A DNA stretch of 63,769 nucleotides. Source: Eremomyces bilateralis CBS 781.70. Lineage: Eukaryota. The number at the start of each line of letters is the position of its first letter. Position 1 is the stretch's first letter. A program made the position numbers and the translations under genes. The notes below the pieces were generated by a model. It saw only the letters and a program-made list of their open reading frames with translations. It was not told the DNA's origin and ran no database searches. Of the stretch, positions 10,052 through 19,837 are shown in pieces. The stretch lies in the NCBI GenBank assembly GCA_010015585.1, contig ML975164.1; one strand, written 5' to 3'.

Positions 10052-13000
10052 ATGGCAATGAGGACGGCACTGCTGGGCGTGGCCCTCCTCACGGGCCTGT
10101 CGATGCAGCATGCGGCAGTCATGCCTCCTGAGGTTGACAAGGTCCTCACCCCGAACTCTTCTGAGGCACCTCCAGGGTGCAAGCTGCTGGCTTCTGACAA
10201 AGGCTTCCCGAGCAACGAAACTTGGGCATCCAAACTTCCAGGATCGTACCCCAAATCTTGGGGTACGAAAGGCCCCGATTTCAACTTCGTTGCCAAAAAT
10301 GTGGAAGACGTACAGAAAGCTGTCAATTTCGCAAGCGAGCAAAATGTCCGCCTCACGATCATCACCACTGGACATGATTTCCATGGCCGGTAAGTGGATG
10401 CGTACAGATATCTATGATTTTATCTAACTAGTCTAGTGAAAATGCTCGATCAGGTCTCCGGCTGGACGTGTCTCAATTAATGGATCCTATCGTCTTCCAA
10501 AACGGATGGACTTGTGGCCAATCCATCACTCCGCCGCCCACGACTACGTGCCCCGATGATGACGCGATGCCGGGCATGAACATGACCAGAAGGCTCAAAA
10601 CTCGCCGTGGAATGCAGAAGTTCCGCCATTTTCACAAGCGTCACGGCGATGAGCCAGATGAAGAGCCAGCAGCAGGGTCAACGGCAGGGTCAACGGCAGG
10701 GTCAGCGACGGGGTCAACGGCAGGGTCAGCGGCAGGGTCAACGGCAGGGTCAGCGGCAGAGCCAAGCTGCGAGCATCTGACGAAGCGCCATGGTTCGGGA
10801 GAGGAGACCGATAGCTACAACGTCATCGAGCCTCAAGCTGGCGTGCAGGCATATGCCCGTGTCAGTGCTGGAATGTATCACGAGGCGTTCTATAAGGCTG
10901 CTGCTGAAAGCGGTTTGTTTGTTCTGGGAGCCCAGCACGGTGTAAGTCTCCCCATATTTGTTCTGTTTTGCAGCTTCCTGACGATCAAAGGGCGTTGGCA
11001 CCATCGGCGGCTGGGCACAGGCTGGTGGACACAACCCGCTCTCCCGCGAATACGGTATGCAAGCAGATAACATCGTGGAGTTCGAAGTTGTCCTCGCAGA
11101 TGGCACGTTCGTCAAGGCATCTGAGTGCAGCAATCCTGATCTTTTCTGGGCTCTGCGAGGAGGTGGTGGTTCAACTTTCGGTATCGTCACCGCCGCAACT
11201 GTCAAGGTCTACCCAACACCACCGATGGCTGTTGGTCGGTTCTTTGTCAACTCCACCACCGACGGGCTCTACGATGCTCTTGCATACTTCCTCCAGAAGG
11301 CCCCGGCAATCCGTGAGAAGTATGGCGCTCAGGGCTATTTTTACATGTACCGAAACGCCTTCCAGTCAGTCCTGCACTTCCAAGGCGACGAGGGCACGAT
11401 TGAGAACGCCAAAGCCGCATTCGAGCCACTGAAGCTAGAGATGGAGAAGCTTGCCGGCTCTAATTCCAGCCAGCCCGCGAAGTATTATCATTACGACACT
11501 TATGGGCAATGGTACGCCGCCGAAAACGGTGACGAAGCTATGGAAGAAGCTGGCGCAAGGTGGCTCTCCTGGAACGATGCCAGCGACGGAACCGCGCCAA
11601 GTCAGGCAGATGCCATGGCCAACCCCATCGGTCTGATCCCGTGGTCGGTTAAGTACAAGCAAGCCGGCCTGAACAAGCGTGGTGTGAGCAAGCGCGGCTT
11701 GAGCAGACGGCATGGGGGTGATGGGGATGGGGATGGTGCCGCTACGGAGGAGATGGGGGGGATGGGAGGGATGGCAGCTCGCCCGATGAGGAGAACATAT
11801 CTCGACTCCCGCCTCCTGTCCGAAAAGACTGTCAATTCGGTCTCTCAGGCTGAACTGGCCAAGCTCGTCAAGGCCACCTTGAACCCGGTGACGTCTATCC
11901 CTGTCGATGGTATGGTTATTCGCGGCTTCTTGTTGGGAGGAGGTAAGCAGGCAGAGCCGGCAATTGATGCTACTGCGATAAGTCCATCATGGAGAGACAT
12001 GTCGTACCATTTCATTGTTAGTGGTGTGCCTGGTAACAGCCGCCACGACTTCAATATCTCTGCCATTGCCCAAGCCTTCCCAGAATCAGGTGCTTATATC
12101 AACGAGGTGAGTTATATGCTTGTCATATTGTACTGCTCTGAATTACAACTAACCTCTCCTAGGCTTCACCTGGCAATCTTAACTGGAAGAAGGTATTCTG
12201 GGGCTCCAACTACGCCAAGCTCGAGACCCTCAAGAAAGAGTACGATCCCAAGAACGTCTTTTGGTGCTCTCCCTGTGTCGGTGCAGACGCCTTCACCTAC
12301 GACGATGAGCGCATCTGCCCTAACCCGAGCTATCCATCCACCGGCTCCGGACCAGCGCCCCAGACTTATGAGGACGAGAACTCCAAGACGGGTATCGCTT
12401 CATTGCCAGGTAGCCCCGGATACCCCGACCCGCTTTTACCATACATTCAAGAGTACGTCAAGAGCGGCAAAGTCCCAGCTTCCACCCCAGACTTCAGCAG
12501 TTACTGGCCAGAGGCTGCCATGGAGGGTGGTGGTCATGACCACGGCGAGGAAACCGGCGAGGCTGGCGGGCATGCTCACGGTGAGGAGACCACAACTGGC
12601 GGCACTGAGGCCGGCGGCCATGCGCACGGCGAGGAAACCACTGGTACTGGGACCAATGGAACCGAGACCGGCGGCCACGCACACGGCGAGGAGACCACCG
12701 GTACCGAGACTGGCGGCCACGCACACGGTGAGGAGACCANNNNNNNNNNCGGCCACGCACATGGCGAGGAAACCGTTCCCGCCGCGTCATCGCCCGCTGC
12801 CAGCGCTCCAGCCGCCTCCGCAGGTGCCGCCGCCCCAGCCACTGGCGCCACTGGAGGCGGCTCGGGTCTTGGTGGCCTTGGTGGATCGAGCGGCTCGGGT
12901 CTCAGTGGTCTTGGTGGGTCGAGCAGCCCTGAGACTGGCTCCTCCGGCCTCTCCGGGCTTCTAGGTGGCTCTTCCAGCGAGGGCGGCCTCTTTAGCGGCC

Positions 13001-13248
13001 TCTCGTCTCTCTTCGGAGGATCCTCTGGTTCGTCCGGTCTCTCCCGCCTATTCGGTGGGCTCGGCGGCTCCGGTAGCGGGATTGGGGGCGGGTCGGGCCT
13101 GGGCGGCCTCTCGCGGTTTTCTTCTGGTTTGTTTTCCCCCTTTGCGTTGGGACGAGCAGGGTTAACTTCGGGTTTAGGATCGTCCGGTCCAGTTTCTCTT
13201 GCGCCGTTGTCGGGTGCCGCGCCGGCGAAGAAGCGACGCTCCGAGTAG
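10052..13248 (+). CDS. Secreted FAD-linked oxidoreductase (VAO/berberine-bridge-enzyme family) with low-complexity insertions and His-rich C-terminal repeats; exons 10052-10389, 10437-10941, 10991-12106, 12163-13248
   Basis: Hydrophobic signal peptide; TTGHDFHGR flavinylation motif; GGWAQAGGHNPLSREYGMQADN; DLFWALRGGGGSTFGIV; GAYINEA; BBE C-domain FWGSNYAKLETLKKEYDPKNVFWC. A 10-N assembly gap at 12740-12749 makes the true tail length uncertain. Confidence 0.9.
10672..10755 (+). repeat. 12-bp tandem repeat (GCAGGGTCAACG-like, 7 copies) encoding AGST/AGSA
   Basis: Visible tandem array inside exon 2 of the flavoprotein gene. Confidence 0.9.
12527..12775 (+). repeat. Coding tandem repeat GGH(A/D)HGEET, at least 6 copies, interrupted by assembly gap
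   Basis: GGCGGCCACGCACACGGCGAGGAGACC-type units; translation in ORF 12403-13248. Confidence 0.92.
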
Positions 13249-13364
13249 AATTCCAGTTTCCTTACTGTATATAAATGTAGCTTTTGCATATGAAAATCAA
13301 GAATTGCATGCCATTGCTTTACAACAGAACGTATCCACACGATACACGAGGAAAAATCAATGCA

Positions 13365-15410
13365 TTATTGAAGATGTGCCCGACTCCCGCTAAATAGACT
13401 CTTCCAAATAAACGCCTCACTCAAAAGCAACTCGACGTCTTTTTCGGTCCATTCGCGTGTCGGCAACGCTTGTAGGAACATCATGATCTCTTGGAAATCC
13501 ATCTTCAGGAGCTTATCGGACCATTTGACCAGAAATGCCGCACAAACGTAGAGGTGGAAGTCAGAAAACCCGCGTTCCTCGGCCTATGACTTATTAGATC
13601 CGGGGTGCATCCTGCATGTTTGTATACGTACCAGGTAGGTATCCCACATCCGAATCGTGTTCTTGACACTGATCTCCCTCATTAGTAGACAATTCATCCA
13701 CCTAAAACTAAACTGAATGAACTCGACGCCCTCTCTCTCCAGGTGCTTCGCGAGCGCGCCGTCTATTCTTGTGGTCAAATCCTTTAACCCAGACACCTGT
13801 CTCTGAATCCCGGGTTGCGCGAAAATATAGTTATCCTGGATCCCATCCAGCAGTTTGGTAAGGCACCAGAACGAATCCGCCTCTACCGCATCGATCACAG
13901 GCCGGGGCAGCTGTCCAGGATCCATCCCGAATTCAATCTCGTAGTCCGTGATATAACTCCCCAAAAAAGTCTGCCAGAACGGCGTGACGAGGTCGTTGAT
14001 CCCCTGCACATAGCCCGACGCCGGATGTCGAATCGCCCAGACGTATAATATTCGCTCCAAGCTCCGCTGAGTAGCTTCGTAGCCATACAGCTCGAGATGC
14101 GGATTCGTTCGCGGCACATCGATACTGATCTGATGCCAAATAGCCTCGTCCAGACCGCGTCCTCTCCCCGAAGTTGTCACAGGCTGTGGTCCTGCGCCGC
14201 CCACTCTGGCAGCCACGGCGGATTCAGCGCCGAGTGTCCCCTTTTCGAACGCTTGCCGGACGCCTTCGAGGTACTCCTTGCGCTTCCGCTCGAGGACGGC
14301 GACGCGCCTTTCGGCGTTCGAAGGGAGGTAGCCGAGGAGGAGTTGCCATGACATTGCGCGGACCTCGGGAGGGATGCCGGACCAGGATAATGAGCGGAGT
14401 TCGGAGATATTGATGTTGGAGGTTTGGAGGAGGCGTTTGAATTTGTCAATCCGTGATAGACGAGAGTTGTGTGCATCCAGCTCCTTCGGTGTGGCGGACG
14501 CCGGAGGCGCCGTGTGCGAGATGAGATGGAGACTGTTTGCTGGGTCGCGGAGAATCTCTTTGTATTGTGGGCGGAGGATCTTCTGGTCCCTAGTGGATTT
14601 GTTTGCGGTAGGGTAGGTGGGGATGTCGCGTTCCAGCGCTATGTCTCCAGTATCAGACAAAACGCTCGTTCGGGATATGGTCTGACCCAGCGGCACGGAT
14701 TTGATGTTCGGTGATCTAGAAGATAGTCCTCCTTTGGCGGGCGTTGACCGTTTAGTTTTCCTCCGTATGCTGGTAATGCTCGGTAAACCGAACTCGTCTT
14801 CATCATCGTTGAAGTCGAACTCTTCGTCGTCCTCGTCACCTTCGCCATTGCTTTCCGTATTCCAACTTCTGGTCGCGGCAGGGTTGAAACTAGCGTATGT
14901 TCGGCGGATCGGAGGGGAAATAGGTCCGCTACGTGAAGGTCCGGAGCTAGTCTCACGTTGTTGAGAGGCCGTCGGTGGTGTATTAGGTCGTTTGTTTCCT
15001 GATATCGATCTATACGGTCAGGTCTCGTTGTCGGCTCTAAGCAGCCATGCCTACGCTTACAAGGAATCAAACGACAGATTGTCCGCATGTGAATAGGATG
15101 CCCCGACGACCTTTCGCTGCTCCGGGGATTTTGAGGGGCTCGAGGAGTTCATGCGCCAGAATGGTGATGCGGAACTGGAGACTACGTCAGCTCGGTTCTC
15201 TTGATGTCCAAGGAAACACCCTACCTCGAACGATCTGATGCTCTCCATGTTAGCACACTGGTATGACCACTCTAAAGCTTGGATTACAGGGGATAATACG
15301 AACCAACCTGGGCCATCTCCTACAATGGCGTCGTTAGCAACAGTACATATATTGTCAACAGCAGTTCAGAGTGGACTCACCTGCTGAGGCTTTTGCTTCT
15401 TGGAAGCCAT
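13365..15410 (-). CDS. GYP1: TBC-domain Rab GTPase-activating protein; multi-exon, including 5' micro-exons; start codon uncertain
   Basis: WSGIPPEVRAMSWQLLLGYLP, QISIDVPRT (IxxDxxR), SGYVQGINDL, FRWMNCLLMRE; last exon DFQEIMMFLQALPTREWTEKDVELLLSEAFIWKSLF. Confidence 0.92.
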
Positions 15411-16132
15411 TGTGACTCGGGGCAACGTCACTACCGTTGCTCACCTTCAGCATCGGTCGCTACGATGACGCGAGGTATCGGGATCCATTCACGGAAGGGG
15501 AGGAAGAATGGTGTATCTTTGAGCCTTACCTTGCGGGATCCTTTGAGGCTCTCCGCTCTTAGGACGGTGGCGCCGTGGCGGAGATTGTGGGTTGGAGCCG
15601 CTAATGTCGGGGAGTGGGACAGCCGACGAATGGACGATGATTGGCGCTCTGACCCCCTAAGCGGCTAAGCCGCATGAGGTGGTGCCATCCATATCGGAAT
15701 CTCAGGCAGCCATCCAGGTCAGGCATCCATCCAGGTCAGGCATTCACATACTGACTCAACCACGAATCACGAGATACGGAAGATGAGTCAGCCAAAACTG
15801 TCACGGGCTTCGGACCAAGTATTTTCCGCGCCGAAGAACTGCCGTAAGGCTATCAGGCGTCAGATGTCCAAATATCCGATCAGTTTATTCTCCTGTTTCC
15901 TTCATCTGGTCACTGTCACTTGTCTTGTCAAAATATATCCATCGCGTACTGGTCCTTCTCCCTTTTGTTTCAATTCATCAGAGATCCTCCCGCTGATACA
16001 GTCACTGAGTTAATCCAAGCCTACGAACCCCCAACGTAGAGCTGTTGCACGACAGCGACGCCCTGCTTAACGTGCTCAGCACACCGTTTCTCCTTCTCTC
16101 TCCCCTTTTAATTCACCATTTCTCATCGCACC

Positions 16133-19100
16133 ATGGCTGACCATGAGGAAATCGAAGATGATCTCTTCGACGATCTGTAAGTCAACTCAGAGGTGCCATA
16201 TCAGATGAATCTTTGCTTACTTTTGGCGCGTTAGTTATGATGCCGATGATGTCCAACCCAAGGCCGCTGCAACTAGTGTGCCCGCACCGCCCAAGCCTGA
16301 GCCTGAACCTACGATGCCCACACATCCTCAATCCGTCGAAGTCCCATCAGTTGATGACGCGCATATGAATGAAGGTTATGGAGGTCCAGTGGAGTTCCCC
16401 ACGAATGGCCACGCGACGCATGGCGAGGAGATGGATCACTCCACAACTGCGCCGGATCACGATGACAATTATGGGCCAATCGGCATTAAAGAAGATGGGT
16501 GAGTACTTGCGTGCGTTCGTTCCAATGTTTGATGTTCCCTCCACCCTCGATCGATTTCATCACGTGCATACAGCACGTTCTCAAAGGCAAGGCGTTTGCT
16601 CTACGTCGAGGATATGGCCGATGAAAGCCGTGCATTTGGACCGTTGGTATCGGGCTATTACGTTGGCGGTGATGGAAAAGCCTCGAGTTGTTGTGGATAA
16701 TGGCAGCTGTCAAGTCATTGAACACTCGGGAACGTTCAGACAGCACCTGACTCGGAGAGTTTTGATGGCAGCATCGATGTCAAAGTCTGGAACGGAGTGT
16801 GGTCGGTAAAATACATCAGCTGCGTTGCATGTGGGCATGATTTGCTCAACAAGCGCCCGAACTGGCTTGGAATCATGGGCAAGCATCTGCTTCAAGTCGC
16901 CTAACCATCAATACATCATTGGTCATGTCTCAGCAATGCGGATCAATGGGCTGGTTTCACCAGGACTGAATGATACCCTCGAATCATCATCTACGGAGTC
17001 AGCAAAGATATCAGAATCCAGCTAGTACTACTATTCACAATAGGTACATATAGCCACAATGTCGCGGACTTATTCCATGAGCGAAGAACAGAGAGATATC
17101 GATTCATCCACAGAACGTCCTCTACAGGATCCTGTTGGATATGGACGACAGTACCTAGACTCCTACCTAGACTTCGGCTAGCTTCGACCATACCATCAGT
17201 AGCAAAACGCAGATGGTTTCCTTCGGATCAAACTGTGCATTTGCTACCACGAGACAAACTATCATGAACGTTTGGAAGATCCCCGCCTTTCGGGCCAGGG
17301 CATGTGTTCAACTCTGCGGGTGGATGATGATGCATCCTCACTCTGCATACACTGGGTGGGGGCGCATAATTGTTCTATCGACGAGGATGTTCCATGGGGC
17401 TATTCACACAACACCAACCCCAATATCTTGAAGATGGAACTTTCAATGGCTTAGAAGGGACTCGATGTTGGATGACAAACTCCATGCTCTCACCTACAAT
17501 TTATCCAGAGCAAACGCCGCCTTTGAGATGTCACGAGTGTTCCCCCACTGCGAATGCCAGCGGATAGTGGCATATCGGCATTGTTGTCCATTTCAGCACC
17601 ATTATTTGACTTATTCTTGCTTATGATTGCCACCATTCATGTATGTGCTAACATTGTTAACAGTAAAATGTTCATCGGGGGATTGAATTGGGAAACAACA
17701 GAGAGTGAGTAGAGAGATCCTCGATCCCCATATAATCGCAATCAGCAGTCAGTTCTAACAATATCGCTCCAGAATCACTGAAAGACTATTTCTCACAATT
17801 TGGAGAAGTCACTGAATGCACTGTGATGCGTGATGGTGCCACTGGTCGCTCTCGAGGATTTGGCTTCTTGACTTTCCGAGACCCGAAGACCGTCAACATC
17901 GTCATGGTCAAAGAACATTATCTGGACGGGAAGATTGTAAGGCCGTATCCTTCTTTTGCCTAATAATTACTGACAGTTGCATAGATCGACCCCAAGCGGG
18001 CCATCCCACGTGAAGAGCAGGAACGCACCGCCAAAATCTTCGTCGGCGGCGTCTCCACCGAAGCCACCGAAGCCGACTTTAAGAACTACTTCAAGCAGTT
18101 TGGCCGTGTCATCGACGCAACGCTCATGATGGACAAGGACACTGGACGGCCCCGTGGCTTCGGATTCGTGACCTTCGACGGTGACGAGGCAGTCGATGCC
18201 TGCTTAGCTCAACCCCTCGACATTCTCGGAAAGCCCATCGAAGTCAAACGTGCCCAACCGCGCGGCAACATGCGAGATGACGACAACCAGAAATTCGGTC
18301 GACGCGGATTCGGACGCGGCGGCGGCGCGCCCCAGCACCAAGACATGTCCATGGAGGCCGGCAACCAGAACGCGAACATGGGCAGCATGCCGCAGAACAC
18401 CCAAGGCATGTCCCCGGCGATGATGGCACAGTACTGGCAGAAGATGCAGCAGTACTTCGCCATGATGCAGCAGAACCTCCAGATGGCGCAGCAGCAGCAG
18501 ATGGGCGGCGGGATGCCGATGGGTATGAACCCGGCCATGATGCAGCAGATGATGGCGATGCAGCAACAACAGCAGCAGCAGCAGCAGGGCCGCGGTCAGA
18601 ACCCTCAGTCTCCTGGCATGAACCCCGCCGCCATGATGGGCATGAACCCCGCCATGATGCAACAAATGCAAGCCCAGGCCCAAGCCCAACAGCAAGCAGC
18701 CATGCAAGGTCAAGGCCAAGGCCCCGGCTCCGGCTCCACCCCCGGCACCCCTCCCGCCGGCCCCTCCGCCCAACTCCAACAACCCGGCGCCCCCAACCCC
18801 ACCGGAACCAACGGCGCCAACCCAAACCCCTCCCGCGGCTACCCCGCCGAACCCTTCGACCAACAAAAATACGACCGCCAACAACAGCAGCGCATGCAGC
18901 AATACGGCGCCCACGGCGGCTTCGGCAGCCCCACCAGCTGGGATGGCATGTACGACGGCGACCCGCAGCCGGGTATGCCGCCTGCGGGCCCGCGGGGGGT
19001 GGGCGCGCGCGGACGCGGTGGCCGAGGAGGAGCGGGCGGTGGACGTGGCGGAATGAGTCCGGGGGGGGATGCACCGGTGCAGCCGAGTCAGGCGCCGGCG

Positions 19101-19202
19101 AATGCGCCGACGGGGCCGAAGAATGCGGGGAGGCCTGGGGCGAATTATCGGGGGGGTGGGAGGGGAGGGCATCGGGGAGGGTATCATCCGTATGCAAGGT
19201 AA
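16133..19202 (+). CDS. HRP1: hnRNP / cleavage factor IB two-RRM RNA-binding protein; exons 16133-16176, 16235-16498, 17664-17704, 17773-17936, 17985-19202
   Basis: KEDGKMFIGGLNWETT, GRSRGFGFLTF, LDGKIIDPKRAIPR, GRPRGFGFVTF; Q/M-rich and RGG regions; C-terminal PY-NLS RGGYHPYAR. Confidence 0.93.
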
Positions 19203-19837
19203 GTGGATGATGTCCGCTTGCGAGTGATGCGATCAGGGGGTGGGGTGGATGGGGTCGGTAACGTAGGCGGATGGATGGCTGATCCGGGGATTTCGATATA
19301 GGAGGCATTAAGCCTGGTTAATTTACGGATCGGATGCCTGCCATGGCATGTCCTTCGGTTTCGAGATCGACTTTCTTACATCGCTGGCTTCTTTATCGCT
19401 TCTCCTGCAGGCCACAAGGTCCTTATATCATCGACGGGCGAGAACGATTTCACATACCGAGATCATCGTTTCGGGGAGTCGGAGTATGGCGCTGGAAATT
19501 TTGATTCGGGTACATCTAATGGCTAAGTCAACACGGTCAACCGCGGGATAGTTTGTCGGAAGGGCGATAATGACTTTCGTGGTTTGTCTACGGCTACAAA
19601 AAGATTCTGTTATGCGTTTCAAACTGTACATTATATCATATAGCCATCAGAAGCTTCCCTTATGCAATCATTGTTTCCTGTCATCAAATGCAAGATTTGA
19701 ATCGTCAATGCCCGAATGCTTAACCCATATGTGATGCACCGTCAATCAGGTCTATAATCTAGTCAGCGGCCATGAACCCAACGCCCAATTTCCCAATTAA
19801 AATGTTATTCCAGATTCTCCAGTTCATTCCTCTCAAC

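Noticed and set aside
12527..12775. Repeat-spacer-like array resembling CRISPR
   Set aside because: The units are in-frame coding repeats with synonymous variation, the spacers are related to one another, there are no cas genes, and the context is eukaryotic.
827..13248. Secondary-metabolite cluster (P450 plus FAD oxidase plus dioxygenase)
   Set aside because: No PKS/NRPS/terpene backbone gene, transporter or regulator is in the window, and the genes are separated by PEX7. A cluster beyond the left edge cannot be excluded.
17320..17460. Box C-like ATGATGA in the HRP1 intron as a snoRNA
   Set aside because: I found no suitably placed box D (CTGA) or terminal stem.
18204..19308. Long antisense ORFs (327 and 354 aa) opposite HRP1
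   Set aside because: Shadow ORFs caused by GC-rich, low-complexity codon usage; no recognisable motifs.
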